Notes: generated from the letters alone by a model not told the origin. DNA of 64,000 bases from Auanema rhodensis (GCA_964057225.1 OZ059895.1:13268001-13332000); one strand, 5' to 3'; numbered from the stretch's first letter, positions 11,701 to 23,416 are shown. A program made the numbers and translations.

Positions 11701-14393
11701 TGAAGCAAAATATAATTGAACCATCCACATCTCTTTTCAATAGTCCTGTAGTTTTAGTCAAAAAGAAAGATGAAACATTCCGTTTCGTAACCGATTTCCG
11801 TGCTCTAAATAACGTCACTCGCAAGCAAACGTACATCATACCTAACATCTCTGACATTGTCGATATGGCAGCCGGATCACAATATTTTTCTAACTTTGAT
11901 TTAGTATCCGGATTCTTCCAAATAGCATTGAAGAAATCAGATCGACCATTAACATCATTTACAACAAACACCGGTACTTATCAATATAGAAGGATGCCTA
12001 TGGGGTTATGTGGAGCGCCACATACCTTTCAAACAGCAGTACGATACCTTCAAAGCCGATGTAAATGCCGACTCTTTGTTTATTTGGATGATTTACTTGT
12101 TATATCAGACACTGCAGAACAACATCTTGACGATATAGCTGAGATTCTCAGAGAAGTAAAGAAATTAGGCATGAAAATTAAACTCAATAAATGCGCTTTT
12201 GCAAGACCTGAAGTAAAATTTCTTGGTTTAATTGTCGGAAGAGATGGGGTCAAACCAGATCCACAGAAAGTATCCGCCATTCAAGACTATCCTGCTCCAA
12301 AGTCACCTACAGGAGTAAGAGCATTTTTGGGAATGGTAGGATTCTTTAGAAAATTTATTAAGGATTTTGCACACATCGCAAGCCCTTTATACGACCTTAC
12401 AAAACTTGATGTGGAATTTCAATGGAATGACAAAAGTCAACAAGCTGTTGATACACTAAAAAGAAAATTGATCCAAGCACCGGTCTTAAAACCACCAAGA
12501 TCAGACCGTATGTTCATTATAGAAAGTGACGGTAGTAATATCGCAGTGGGAGCAGTGTTATTACAACCTGAAGATCCCAATGAACCACTCAAAAACTTAC
12601 ATCCAATTGCATTTGCAAGCCGTAAACTTGTAAAAGCAGAACGTAACTATGCTCCTATTGAAATAGAAGCGTTAGGACTCGTATACGCTTTAGCTCAGTT
12701 TCGAACATATATACTTGGATCACATACAATCTGTATCACAGACCATCGACCATTAACAAGCTTATTGACTCGTAGAGACCTTTTTGGAAGACTAGCAAAA
12801 TTTCAATTAGTCATACAGGAATACGATATCGAGATAAGATACCGAGAAGGCAGACTAAACAAAGTCTGTGATGCTCTCTCACGATACATTGGAGATGAAG
12901 CAAACGATCCTAAACCGGAAAAGAAAAAGAAAACAAAAGAAATTCCGAAAGCTCAAATTAATTTCGTTAATGTACCTGACATTAGAGCAATTCAAGAGGA
13001 TACACCTTGGATAAAGAGAACTATCGCCGAAATAGAATACAGAGCGAAAAAGAACATGCTTTCTAATGATCGTTATTGTGTTATTGACAACATGTTATAC
13101 ACAAAACCAAGCAGAAAACGACCACACCCAGCTTTGATTTTACCAAGGGAAAGCAAGCTTATCAACAAGGTTATCGAAGAATTTCACGAAGACCCAGCAA
13201 TTGGAGCACATCAAGGAATTAACAAAACTAAAGAAGCCATACTACGAAGATTTTGCTGGACAAATATGCAAACGGACATAGCAAGTTTTGTGAAACAATG
13301 CGTTAAATGCGCACAAAGGAAGAAAGATCCTCACGCTATGACCGTTCAGCCTATGGGTCAATTTGAAATACCATCAAAACCATTTGAGAGAATACATATG
13401 GATATTATGGGACCATTCCCTACTTCAAAAAGAAACAACAATTATGTCCTAACAATACAAGATTCATTCTCCAAATGGGCGACAACCATCGCTATACCAA
13501 CAATTGTCACCGATGTCATCATTGATAGATTCCTCAGGAATTTCGTATATATTTTTGGACCACCAAATCGTTTAATAACCGATCGTGGATCTAATTTTGT
13601 ATCAAAGAAATTTGAAGAAATGTGTGAAAAACTTGGCATTAAACACGAGCCAACAGTCCCTCATCAGAAAAATTCTAATGGACAAGTCGAAAGACTACAC
13701 AGAACGCTAGAAGAAGGATTAACACACTATCTGAACGAAGACGTAACTGATTGGGACATGTATTTACCAAAAATTACTTTTGCGTTAAATACAATAACAC
13801 ACGCAACCACAGGAATCTCTCCATACATAGCATTATTCGGAAAAGAAAGTCGTATGAGATTAGACAAAGAATTATTCCCCGAGACATTACAACCAGAGAT
13901 CTTGGAAGAAATTGAGAATACCGAATATATCAGAGGAGAAAGAAGAACCATCATTCAAGAAAATCTTGCAAAACATCAAGAAACCGCGAAGAGAAAACAT
14001 GATGGACGACAACGAATAGAAGAAAGAGATATCCGAAAAGGAGACCAAGTTATGTTAGCAATTAAAGCGCATAAACCAGGTCAAAAGCTTCGCAAATCAT
14101 ATGATGGACCATTTGAAGTCATCAACGTTGAAGGAAACATGGTACAACTCAAGAATCCATTTGGAAAAATTCAAGACGTACACAAAGACAATCTAAAACT
14201 TTTTGATCGCAAAATGGAGCATACAATCGCTCAAAACACGCGATCAAATACAACGACTTATGACACGGACGATGACAGCGATATTGAGATCATAAAAGTC
14301 ATAAATGGTAACGATAACTATGACTCTAGTGAAGAAACAGAACCAGAAGACCCATCGGACCAAAATTGGCTACCACCAAGAAGAAGACGATGA
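5709..14393 (+). CDS. Gag-Env-Pol polyprotein (Gag; gB-like class III fusion glycoprotein; aspartic protease; RT; RNase H; integrase). Start uncertain: first in-frame ATG is at 6402
   Basis: Gag PTYDGSRNF...FLRGLK; signal-like segment LSLTVVMAITVAIFLPCVTS; Cys-rich ectodomain, KRPKR furin-like site, TM (~10415-10495); LWDSGSSISY protease; FNSPVVLVKKKD, MPMGL, YLDD RT; IIESDGS...TDHRPL RNase H; HQGINKT...CVKC, DIMGP, TDRGSNF, NGQVER, GPF integrase. Confidence 0.95.
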   Translation: MDKRFRSAVPLSTRTDFDLRDSAPLTRSRARAQSIAIIEDEQKAEHKTDKFFTPRAGTYSPTERLSDEDYVPPGGEETSIIVEEQTPVTAKKVRSSNSNKNKKNKNKNSSKSDASLSLSIPEPTVSPSVATTSAGGLQTFKNIVSDLFNRSPKDRNLNTSHTNRYSSVPNINLSPIQPPEHTHLAITDNQTSTPILPNTTTGSSKAPNQPSRSVHTTPVSENLLTTGRVIKMPSARTSNMATEPSLPGAGKTTIAQALLSPYCPTYDGSRNFRDFTAKFNLFANAVGLVIPERLALLPLLLKNEAAEEAYRQVPEQLKTTGSWNDLLRALTSKLCPEYNQDPALINLQNTTQGDLTIDAYAQSLRTIALSAFATDDPHKDHILRSTFLRGLKNTLKPAVIRAKPKSFTDAIEAARWEESIMNQTTDTQSMLVNAVNKALAPFARTNERRDNRNFDRNYPRDNQNNKNYHNYQNYQKNKNFSKYNNNQNRNGSFANYRRNNNYERNSGRFNNNWHSNNFNPSNNSRRGRTNEHNGQRRVHFNNQRDQSRGRDRSTPRINSVTLSPLSLTVVMAITVAIFLPCVTSYQICTKATGGALLVPPVVKKCKLTETNHVLRTQIHLYTRNHTAHEWDAWRCSKEVHKLCVRDLLFLRDTNRTIDRVQPIAAHECRQAIRDRKWNNMELERIDSIAQATPEPSYDPARAFSRDECEERPRLVLERGVMTRMPDDTILSNLILNTEGCSSHHGNCKSNTSIIIWDPQTSDSRCNYIDMHYYDAIISKETILIPSTQSALILSSKITPKPIASCFRQPAFHTTSGNYITFPKYPNDNNITLLIEREFKKLPFKRPKRATSTKCSFPFDQDRINDVEDFETYTLRICPYPFLRPLMSNPGITQIIPLIKGRRMVDPTYSLKEWIKAHRENFEFFFKIQIYEKSLRHFLKQYDFRDKDEAILQYVAQRELALATKAGISYLTSRQLLQQISDRLTVIEFDRLIRTKEGTYRERAETIALDLANTPVIIEDKLTVPSRQEILKAFVKMPPIRKQLLTDQEERNSKFIKDTIDLVHELKTLVTLRRNKTAADIDDIKFINLPSSRMFVLDTDKLFYDIKNNFGIQIGPHPKLIEPNNISKDLLLEIFLPLLNDNILPNTSSRISSEQLKRLMTEKIQLKSLQTTTRAPSNAAGGAAEMAALPIIDREALITTDPAILPQTSTSPRAAAATTARAPSSMAQPETTARHTTATTTARATISTRAPPTTILYAVHQDQQIPIMEETTYTPISLIRKHRASSTPTATDIESVHANAQYIATKVDSEQQFRQNITSRIAQDHLQYATTMIQEELQKHFKESYESICEIQNRYLELWRSILQIEPTIAMRTILGREDIAARFVGSEILHIHVCPVVLQKNIYHNHTVNGTCYLETPVLTQEGQLLFAAPGSKDLLPHGKEINCDHVPTDVWSTDGEWKGINGTVDVSLISMWDGLHHEKITPLKFTGAHLYTNLSSRVYSMTTAIAYGASLASIRQNHVLHTIHHDPKISSAFSILKKSSDYISKANEFTKSTWNSFVDTIAGTIERTLITIGAITIIVVILIVLAFVAKIYFFKPIGMQVMHIELRDQTNDLPTYEETLELVSQPDQPIPRNIMKQYYPSFLTLVPLAMPIVCSVSNRKDQSLPLLLMTVNDRLILTLWDSGSSISYIRLSTLHYLTLNDFVKKDKSVATTANGSAFRFLGTIDLTVEIAGYEIDHTFFISRDEDCPSPALIGLDFMKTLDRQNIGMKLRPFKQTLEIGNRVVPLANGNNGNIRKTSFVINLINLNPQCIFPHQTCRIPVRLAEPISHNEIAMLQPDEENTISTTYETAFRNVNSITMTFKNNTDHPIDLSPGNIIDKAKIGVLPQYEIFTTEHNPDYIPPEADWENKLPHFPQDFMNDLDLKDADLTKEQKDLLQLCILRNRDAFLNEDKQIGLFKGPVEHSIPLRTDMDMPRPRITRIPIGKQEEVERQVQEMLKQNIIEPSTSLFNSPVVLVKKKDETFRFVTDFRALNNVTRKQTYIIPNISDIVDMAAGSQYFSNFDLVSGFFQIALKKSDRPLTSFTTNTGTYQYRRMPMGLCGAPHTFQTAVRYLQSRCKCRLFVYLDDLLVISDTAEQHLDDIAEILREVKKLGMKIKLNKCAFARPEVKFLGLIVGRDGVKPDPQKVSAIQDYPAPKSPTGVRAFLGMVGFFRKFIKDFAHIASPLYDLTKLDVEFQWNDKSQQAVDTLKRKLIQAPVLKPPRSDRMFIIESDGSNIAVGAVLLQPEDPNEPLKNLHPIAFASRKLVKAERNYAPIEIEALGLVYALAQFRTYILGSHTICITDHRPLTSLLTRRDLFGRLAKFQLVIQEYDIEIRYREGRLNKVCDALSRYIGDEANDPKPEKKKKTKEIPKAQINFVNVPDIRAIQEDTPWIKRTIAEIEYRAKKNMLSNDRYCVIDNMLYTKPSRKRPHPALILPRESKLINKVIEEFHEDPAIGAHQGINKTKEAILRRFCWTNMQTDIASFVKQCVKCAQRKKDPHAMTVQPMGQFEIPSKPFERIHMDIMGPFPTSKRNNNYVLTIQDSFSKWATTIAIPTIVTDVIIDRFLRNFVYIFGPPNRLITDRGSNFVSKKFEEMCEKLGIKHEPTVPHQKNSNGQVERLHRTLEEGLTHYLNEDVTDWDMYLPKITFALNTITHATTGISPYIALFGKESRMRLDKELFPETLQPEILEEIENTEYIRGERRTIIQENLAKHQETAKRKHDGRQRIEERDIRKGDQVMLAIKAHKPGQKLRKSYDGPFEVINVEGNMVQLKNPFGKIQDVHKDNLKLFDRKMEHTIAQNTRSNTTTYDTDDDSDIEIIKVINGNDNYDSSEETEPEDPSDQNWLPPRRRR

Positions 14394-15055
14394 AAGAAAT
14401 AATTTTGAGATTGATAAAATTATTGTAAAACTTTGTATCAACACTCTTTTAAAAAACCAGAGCTATTAATATTATTATATCATTGAAAAACTTGAGTAAG
14501 ACGAGATGTAAGCTAATAATCAAAAAGCATTTCAGTTTCAAAGCATATATGATTATAAAACTTCATCAATTTCAAATAATTTCCCGTAAATAAAGAAGAA
14601 ATGAAAGATAAGAGACATTATATTGCATATTCATCTGAGCAACAGTCCTTATCAAGTAGTTAATGATTCAATTCCGGAAATTATATGGGATTTAGTTTAA
14701 TTTTTTTTATTATTACAATTCGCTTTGAATACGCTGAGGAAACATGCTAGCTCCATCGATAATATAGCATGACTCTCGTTTCTCTATACTCAAAGAAGTT
14801 AGACATGCAGCGTCGTGCCTAAAAAGCTATTTTGCGCACTTTCGCTGACAAAATATAGCCCTGGTATTCTAAAAGATTGTTTTATTCCTTAATATTCATG
14901 TATTTTCAAATAATTTTTATTAAATTCTTTTCAGATAATATTGTTTAACATTATATTGTAATTTATCTTTACTATTTTTATGTTAACATTGTAATTTTTA
15001 TTTTTTAAAAACTAAACCTTCTGCTACGATTGAAACAAGCCACATATTTTGCTAT

Positions 15056-15090
15056 TCGCGAGGACGCGACATAAACTCGAAAAAATGGCA
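15056..15090 (+). promoter_or_regulatory. Pre-3'LTR region: GAGGAC hairpin plus short purine tract (PPT-like)
   Basis: TCGCGAGGACGCGA stem-loop, then GAAAAAATGGCA abutting the 3' LTR. Confidence 0.6.
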
Positions 15091-15427
15091 CGTTCCATTC
15101 GGAAATCAATACGTAGCAGGCGGGTTAGAATCAGACGACATGAGGCTGAGAGAGGACGACACGCCCTTCATATGGAACACAGACTTCAGCTTTGCCTTAT
15201 GGAATGACTATGGATGGTTGGTCTTCCTTTCTTAGCTCTCTTTCACTTTATATCTTTATGTAGACTTATATAACTTATTGTAATCATGTAGACATAATAA
15301 ACCTTTCTTTCTCGAGTCTTATGTTTATCCATTATGCTCTTTATCTACCGCTACATCTGGAATACTATCACACTCATCTTGTAGGCTTTATTGGTCTATA
15401 GGATCGACGTGAGAGCATAACGGAACG
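15091..15427 (+). repeat. Gypsy 3' LTR
   Basis: Copy of 3962-4298, followed by AAAACAATAACG resuming the 5S spacer. Confidence 0.95.
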
Positions 15428-15477
15428 AAAACAATAACGAGGATAAGTATGTAAATCATTGAATATCAGATATTTTC

Positions 15478-15596
15478 GCTTACGACCATACCACGTTGAA
15501 AGTACGCCATCCCGTCCGATCTGGCAAGTCAAGCAACGTTGGGCCCGGTTAGTACTTGGATCGGAGACGGCTTGGGAATCCCGGGTGCCGTAAGCT
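15478..15596 (+). rRNA. 5S rRNA: 5S rRNA
   Basis: Same 119-nt gene. Confidence 0.97.
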
Positions 15597-16006
15597 TTTC
15601 AAATTTTTTTAACGATCATACCACGTTGAAAGTACGCCGTGCAGCTGATTTTCAATTTTATCTCTTCCGTAACAAATGTTTTTAATTTTCTAGCAGTTTT
15701 ACTTAGATAGCTCAACCCAAGGCATCAAAATATCTTCAATCTTATTTCTATATTACAGTTATAAACCAGTAGTTTATGAACCTTCATCTTAACTTTACTG
15801 TTTCTATCTATTTCCTATTGAAACAAACATTGTTTTAACACTATACAACTGTGAAACCTTTTTTAATTTATTGTATTTGGAGCTCATAAGATTTGATATC
15901 ATCGAGGAATTTAGATGTAACGTAGAAAATTACATAACTAACATGAAATTGGAAAAAAAACAATAACGAGGATAAGTATGTAAATCATTGAATATCAGGT
16001 ATTTTC

Positions 16007-16125
16007 GCTTACGACCATACCACGCTGAAAGTACGCCATCCCGTCCGATCTGGCAAGTCAAGCAACGTTGGGCCCGGTTAGTACTTGGATCGGAGACGGC
16101 TTGGGAATCCCGGGTGCCGTAAGCT
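16007..16125 (+). rRNA. 5S rRNA: 5S rRNA (T19C variant)
   Basis: Same 119-nt gene. Confidence 0.97.
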
Positions 16126-16536
16126 TTTCAAATTTTTTTAACGATCATACCACGTTGAAAGTACGCAATGCAGCTGATTTTCAATTTTATCTCTTCCGTA
16201 ACAAATGTTTTTAATTTTCTAGCAGTTTTACTTAGATAGCTCAACCCAAGGCATCAAAATATCTTCAATCTTATTTCTATATTACAGTTATAAACCAGTA
16301 GTTTATGAACCTTCATCTTAACTTTACTGTTTCTATCTATTTCCTATTGAAACAAACATTGTTTTAACACTATACAACTGTGAAACCTTTTTTAATTTAT
16401 TGTATTTGGAGCTCATAAGATTTGATATCATCGAGGAATTTAGATGTAACGTAGAAAATTACATAACTAACATGAAATTGGAAAAAAAAACAATAACGAG
16501 GATAAGTATGTAAATCATTGAATATCAGATATTTTT

Positions 16537-16655
16537 GCTTACGACCATACCACGTTGAAAGTACGCCATCCTGTCCGATCTGGCAAGTCAAGCAACGTTG
16601 GGCCCGGTTAGTACTTGGATCGGAGACGGCTTGGGAATCCCGGGTGCCGTAAGCT
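16537..16655 (+). rRNA. 5S rRNA: 5S rRNA (C36T variant)
   Basis: Same 119-nt gene. Confidence 0.97.
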
Positions 16656-17065
16656 TTTCAATTTTTTTTAACGATCATACCACGTTGAAAGTACGCAATG
16701 CAGCTGATTTTCAATTTTATCTCTTCCGTAACAAATGTTTTTAATTTTCTAGCAGTTTTACTTAGATAGCTCAACCCAAGGCATCAAAATATCTTCAATC
16801 TTATTTCTATATTACAGTTATAAACCAGTAGTTTATGAACCTTCATCTTAACTTTACTGTTTCTATCTATTTCCTATTGAAACAAACATTGTTTTAACAC
16901 TATACAACTGTGAAACCTTTTTTAATTTATTGTATTTGGAGCTCATAAGATTTGATATCATCGAGGAATTTAGATGTAACGTAGAAAATTACATAACTAA
17001 CATGAAATTGGAAAAAAAACAATAACGAGGATAAGTATGTAAATCATTGAATATCAGGTATTTTC

Positions 17066-17184
17066 GCTTACGACCATACCACGCTGAAAGTACGCCATCC
17101 CGTCCGATCTGGCAAGTCAAGCAACGTTGGGCCCGGTTAGTACTTGGATCGGAGACGGCTTGGGAATCCCGGGTGCCGTAAGCT
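17066..17184 (+). rRNA. 5S rRNA: 5S rRNA (T19C variant)
   Basis: Same 119-nt gene. Confidence 0.97.
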
Positions 17185-17595
17185 TTTCAAATTTTTTTAA
17201 CGATCATACCACGTTGAAAGTACGCAATGCAGCTGATTTTCAATTTTATCTCTTCCGTAACAAATGTTTTTAATTTTCTAGCAGTTTTACTTAGATAGCT
17301 CAACCCAAGGCATCAAAATATCTTCAATCTTATTTCTATATTACAGTTATAAACCAGTAGTTTATGAACCTTCATCTTAACTTTACTGTTTCTATCTATT
17401 TCCTATTGAAACAAACATTGTTTTAACACTATACAACTGTGAAACCTTTTTTAATTTATTGTATTTGGAGCTCATAAGATTTGATATCATCGAGGAATTT
17501 AGATGTAACGTAGAAAATTACATAACTAACATGAAATTGGAAAAAAAAACAATAACGAGGATAAGTATGTAAATCATTGAATATCAGATATTTTT

Positions 17596-17714
17596 GCTTA
17601 CGACCATACCACGTTGAAAGTACGCCATCCTGTCCGATCTGGCAAGTCAAGCAACGTTGGGCCCGGTTAGTACTTGGATCGGAGACGGCTTGGGAATCCC
17701 GGGTGCCGTAAGCT
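17596..17714 (+). rRNA. 5S rRNA: 5S rRNA (C36T variant)
   Basis: Same 119-nt gene. Confidence 0.97.
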
Positions 17715-18124
17715 TTTCAATTTTTTTTAACGATCATACCACGTTGAAAGTACGCAATGCAGCTGATTTTCAATTTTATCTCTTCCGTAACAAATGTTTT
17801 TAATTTTCTAGCAGTTTTACTTAGATAGCTCAACCCAAGGCATCAAAATATCTTCAATCTTATTTCTATATTACAGTTATAAACCAGTAGTTTATGAACC
17901 TTCATCTTAACTTTACTGTTTCTATCTATTTCCTATTGAAACAAACATTGTTTTAACACTATACAACTGTGAAACCTTTTTTAAATTATTGTATTTGGAG
18001 CTCATAAGATTTGATATCATCGAGGAATTTAGATGTAACGTAGAAAATTACATAACTAACATGAAATTGGAAAAAAAACAATAACGAGGATAAGTATGTA
18101 AATCATTGAATATCAGGTATTTTC

Positions 18125-18243
18125 GCTTACGACCATACCACGTTGAAAGTACGCCATCCCGTCCGATCTGGCAAGTCAAGCAACGTTGGGCCCGGTTAGT
18201 ACTTGGATCGGAGACGGCTTGGGAATCCCGGGTGCCGTAAGCT
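18125..18243 (+). rRNA. 5S rRNA: 5S rRNA
   Basis: Same 119-nt gene. Confidence 0.97.
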
Positions 18244-18653
18244 TTTCAAATTTTTTTAACGATCATACCACGTTGAAAGTACGCCATGCAGCTGATTTTT
18301 AATTTTATCTCTTCCGTAACAAATGTTTTCAATTTTCCAGCAGTTTTACTTAGATAGCTCAACCCAAGGCAGCGAATTATCTCTAATCTTATTCCTATAT
18401 TACAGTTATAAACCAGTAGTTTATAAACCTTCATCTTAACTTTACTGTTTCTATCTATTTCCTATTGAAACAAACATTGTTTTAACACTATACAACTGTG
18501 AAACCTTTTTTAATTTATTGTATTTGGAGCTCATAAGATTTGATATCATCGAGGAATTTAGATGTAACGTAGAAAATTACATAACTAACATGAAATTGGA
18601 AAAAAAACAATAACGAGGATAAGTATGTAAATCATTGAATATCAGGTATTTTC

Positions 18654-18772
18654 GCTTACGACCATACCACGTTGAAAGTACGCCATCCCGTCCGATCTGG
18701 CAAGTCAAGCAACGTTGGGCCCGGTTAGTACTTGGATCGGAGACGGCTTGGGAATCCCGGGTGCCGTAAGCT
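18654..18772 (+). rRNA. 5S rRNA: 5S rRNA
   Basis: Same 119-nt gene. Confidence 0.97.
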
Positions 18773-19183
18773 TTTCAAATTTTTTTAACGATCATACCAC
18801 GTTGAAAGTACGCAATGCAGCTGATTTTCAATTTTATCTCTTCCGTAACAAATGTTTTTAATTTTCTAGCAGTTTTACTTAGATAGCTCAACCCAAGGCA
18901 TCAAAATATCTTCAATCTTATTTCTATATTACAGTTATAAACCAGTAGTTTATGAACCTTCATCTTAACTTTACTGTTTCTATCTATTTCCTATTGAAAC
19001 AAACATTGTTTTAACACTATACAACTGTGAAACCTTTTTTAATTTATTGTATTTGGAGCTCATAAGATTTGATATCATCGAGGAATTTAGATGTAACGTA
19101 GAAAATTACATAACTAACATGAAATTGGAAAAAAAAACAATAACGAGGATAAGTATGTAAATCATTGAATATCAGATATTTTT

Positions 19184-19302
19184 GCTTACGACCATACCAC
19201 GTTGAAAGTACGCCATCCTGTCCGATCTGGCAAGTCAAGCAACGTTGGGCCCGGTTAGTACTTGGATCGGAGACGGCTTGGGAATCCCGGGTGCCGTAAG
19301 CT
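19184..19302 (+). rRNA. 5S rRNA: 5S rRNA (C36T variant)
   Basis: Same 119-nt gene. Confidence 0.97.
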
Positions 19303-19712
19303 TTTCAATTTTTTTTAACGATCATACCACGTTGAAAGTACGCAATGCAGCTGATTTTCAATTTTATCTCTTCCGTAACAAATGTTTTTAATTTTCTAGC
19401 AGTTTTACTTAGATAGCTCAACCCAAGGCATCAAAATATCTTCAATCTTATTTCTATATTACAGTTATAAACCAGTAGTTTATGAACCTTCATCTTAACT
19501 TTACTGTTTCTATCTATTTCCTATTGAAACAAACATTGTTTTAACACTATACAACTGTGAAACCTTTTTTAAATTATTGTATTTGGAGCTCATAAGATTT
19601 GATATCATCGAGGAATTTAGATGTAACGTAGAAAATTACATAACTAACATGAAATTGGAAAAAAAACAATAACGAGGATAAGTATGTAAATCATTGAATA
19701 TCAGGTATTTTC

Positions 19713-19831
19713 GCTTACGACCATACCACGTTGAAAGTACGCCATCCCGTCCGATCTGGCAAGTCAAGCAACGTTGGGCCCGGTTAGTACTTGGATCGGA
19801 GACGGCTTGGGAATCCCGGGTGCCGTAAGCT
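19713..19831 (+). rRNA. 5S rRNA: 5S rRNA
   Basis: Same 119-nt gene. Confidence 0.97.
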
Positions 19832-20241
19832 TTTCAAATTTTTTTAACGATCATACCACGTTGAAAGTACGCCATGCAGCTGATTTTTAATTTTATCTCT
19901 TCCGTAACAAATGTTTTCAATTTTCCAGCAGTTTTACTTAGATAGCTCAACCCAAGGCAGCGAATTATCTCTAATCTTATTCCTATATTACAGTTATAAA
20001 CCAGTAGTTTATAAACCTTCATCTTAACTTTACTGTTTCTATCTATTTCCTATTGAAACAAACATTGTTTTAACACTATACAACTGTGAAACCTTTTTTA
20101 ATTTATTGTATTTGGAGCTCATAAGATTTGATATCATCGAGGAATTTAGATGTAACGTAGAAAATTACATAACTAACATGAAATTGGAAAAAAAACAATA
20201 ACGAGGATAAGTATGTAAATCATTGAATATCAGGTATTTTC

Positions 20242-20360
20242 GCTTACGACCATACCACGTTGAAAGTACGCCATCCCGTCCGATCTGGCAAGTCAAGCAA
20301 CGTTGGGCCCGGTTAGTACTTGGATCGGAGACGGCTTGGGAATCCCGGGTGCCGTAAGCT
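20242..20360 (+). rRNA. 5S rRNA: 5S rRNA
   Basis: Same 119-nt gene. Confidence 0.97.
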
Positions 20361-20770
20361 TTTCAATTTTTTTTAACGATCATACCACGTTGAAAGTACG
20401 CAATGCAGCTGATTTTCAATTTTATCTCTTCCGTAACAAATGTTTTTAATTTTCTAGCAGTTTTACTTAGATAGCTCAACCCAAGGCATCAAAATATCTT
20501 CAATCTTATTTCTATATTACAGTTATAAACCAGTAGTTTATGAACCTTCATCTTAACTTTACTGTTTCTATCTATTTCCTATTGAAACAAACATTGTTTT
20601 AACACTATACAACTGTGAAACCTTTTTTAATTTATTGTATTTGGAGCTCATAAGATTTGATATCATCGAGGAATTTAGATGTAACGTAGAAAATTACATA
20701 ACTAACATGAAATTGGAAAAAAAACAATAACGAGGATAAGTATGTAAATCATTGAATATCAGATATTTTC

Positions 20771-20889
20771 GCTTACGACCATACCACGTTGAAAGTACGC
20801 CATCCCGTCCGATCTGGCAAGTCAAGCAACGTTGGGCCCGGTTAGTACTTGGATCGGAGACGGCTTGGGAATCCCGGGTGCCGTAAGCT
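20771..20889 (+). rRNA. 5S rRNA: 5S rRNA
   Basis: Same 119-nt gene. Confidence 0.97.
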
Positions 20890-21299
20890 TTTCAAATTTT
20901 TTTAACGATCATACCACGTTGAAAGTACGCCGTGCAGCTGATTTTCAATTTTATCTCTTCCGTAACAAATGTTTTTAATTTTCTAGCAGTTTTACTTAGA
21001 TAGCTCAACCCAAGGCATCAAAATATCTTCAATCTTATTTCTATATTACAGTTATAAACCAGTAGTTTATGAACCTTCATCTTAACTTTACTGTTTCTAT
21101 CTATTTCCTATTGAAACAAACATTGTTTTAACACTATACAACTGTGAAACCTTTTTTAATTTATTGTATTTGGTGCTCATAAGATTTGATATCATCGAGG
21201 AATTTAGATGTAACGTAGAAAATTACATAACTAACATGAAATTGGAAAAAAAACAATAACGAGGATAAGTATGTAAATCATTGAATATCAGGTATTTTC

Positions 21300-21418
21300 G
21301 CTTACGACCATACCACGTTGAAAGTACGCCATCCTGTCCGATCTGGCAAGTCAAGCAACGTTGGGCCCGGTTAGTACTTGGATCGGAGACGGCTTGGGAA
21401 TCCCGGGTGCCGTAAGCT
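21300..21418 (+). rRNA. 5S rRNA: 5S rRNA (C36T variant)
   Basis: Same 119-nt gene. Confidence 0.97.
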
Positions 21419-21828
21419 TTTCAATTTTTTTTAACGATCATACCACGTTGAAAGTACGCAATGCAGCTGATTTTCAATTTTATCTCTTCCGTAACAAATG
21501 TTTTTAATTTTCTAGCAGTTTTACTTAGATAGCTCAACCCAAGGCATCAAAATATCTTCAATCTTATTTCTATATTACAGTTATAAACCAGTAGTTTATG
21601 AACCTTCATCTTAACTTTACTGTTTCTATCTATTTCCTATTGAAACAAACATTGTTTTAACACTATACAACTGTGAAACCTTTTTTAATTTATTGTATTT
21701 GGAGCTCATAAGATTTGATATCATCGAGGAATTTAGATGTAACGTAGAAAATTACATAACTAACATGAAATTGGAAAAAAAACAATAACGAGGATAAGTA
21801 TGTAAATCATTGAATATCAGATATTTTC

Positions 21829-21947
21829 GCTTACGACCATACCACGTTGAAAGTACGCCATCCCGTCCGATCTGGCAAGTCAAGCAACGTTGGGCCCGGT
21901 TAGTACTTGGATCGGAGACGGCTTGGGAATCCCGGGTGCCGTAAGCT
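21829..21947 (+). rRNA. 5S rRNA: 5S rRNA
   Basis: Same 119-nt gene. Confidence 0.97.
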
Positions 21948-22358
21948 TTTCAATTTTTTTTAACGATCATACCACGTTGAAAGTACGCAATGCAGCTGAT
22001 TTTCAATTTTATCTCTTCCGTAACAAATGTTTTTAATTTTCTAGCAGTTTTACTTAGATAGCTCAACCCAAGGCATCAAAATATCTTCAATCTTATTTCT
22101 ATATTACAGTTATAAACCAGTAGTTTATGAACCTTCATCTTAACTTTACTGTTTCTATCTATTTCCTATTGAAACAAACATTGTTTTAACACTATACAAC
22201 TGTGAAACCTTTTTTAATTTATTGTATTTGGAGCTCATAAGATTTGATATCATCGAGGAATTTAGATGTAACGTAGAAAATTACATAACTAACATGAAAT
22301 TGGAAAAAAAAACAATAACGAGGATAAGTATGTAAATCATTGAATATCAGGTATTTTC

Positions 22359-22477
22359 GCTTACGACCATACCACGTTGAAAGTACGCCATCCCGTCGGA
22401 TCTGGCAAGTCAAGCAACGTTGGGCCCGGTTAGTACTTGGATCGGAGACGGCTTGGGAATCCCGGGTGCCGTAAGCT
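22359..22477 (+). rRNA. 5S rRNA: 5S rRNA (C40G variant)
   Basis: Same 119-nt gene. Confidence 0.97.
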
Positions 22478-22887
22478 TTTCAATTTTTTTTAACGATCAT
22501 ACCACGTTGAAAGTACGCAATGCAGCTGATTTTCAATTTTATCTCTTCCGTAACAAATGTTTTTAATTTTCTAGCAGTTTTACTTAGATAGCTCAACCCA
22601 AGGCATCAAAATATCTTCAATCTTATTTCTATATTACAGTTATAAACCAGTAGTTTATGAACCTTCATCTTAACTTTACTGTTTCTATCTATTTCCTATT
22701 GAAACAAACATTGTTTTAACACTATACAACTGTGAAACCTTTTTTAATTTATTGTATTTGGAGCTCATAAGATTTGATATCATCGAGGAATTTAGATGTA
22801 ACGTAGAAAATTACATAACTAACATGAAATTGGAAAAAAAACAATAACGAGGATAAGTATGTAAATCATTGAATATCAGATATTTTC

Positions 22888-23006
22888 GCTTACGACCATA
22901 CCACGTTGAAAGTACGCCATCCCGTCCGATCTGGCAAGTCAAGCAACGTTGGGCCCGGTTAGTACTTGGATCGGAGACGGCTTGGGAATCCCGGGTGCCG
23001 TAAGCT
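22888..23006 (+). rRNA. 5S rRNA: 5S rRNA
   Basis: Same 119-nt gene. Confidence 0.97.
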
Positions 23007-23416
23007 TTTCAAATTTTTTTAACGATCATACCACGTTGAAAGTACGCCGTGCAGCTGATTTTCAATTTTATCTCTTCCGTAACAAATGTTTTTAATTTTC
23101 TAGCAGTTTTACTTAGATAGCTCAACCCAAGGCATCAAAATATCTTCAATCTTATTTCTATATTACAGTTATAAACCAGTAGTTTATGAACCTTCATCTT
23201 AACTTTACTGTTTCTATCTATTTCCTATTGAAACAAACATTGTTTTAACACTATACAACTGTGAAACCTTTTTTAATTTATTGTATTTGGTGCTCATAAG
23301 ATTTGATATCATCGAGGAATTTAGATGTAACGTAGAAAATTACATAACTAACATGAAATTGGAAAAAAAACAATAACGAGGATAAGTATGTAAATCATTG
23401 AATATCAGGTATTTTC

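Larger units (their letters stand above)
3962..15427 (+). mobile_element. Full-length Ty3/Gypsy (Metaviridae) LTR retrotransposon with env-like gene
   Basis: Two matching 337-bp LTRs, AAAA target-site duplication in the spacer A-run, PBS, and one ORF with PR-RT-RH-IN order. Confidence 0.96.
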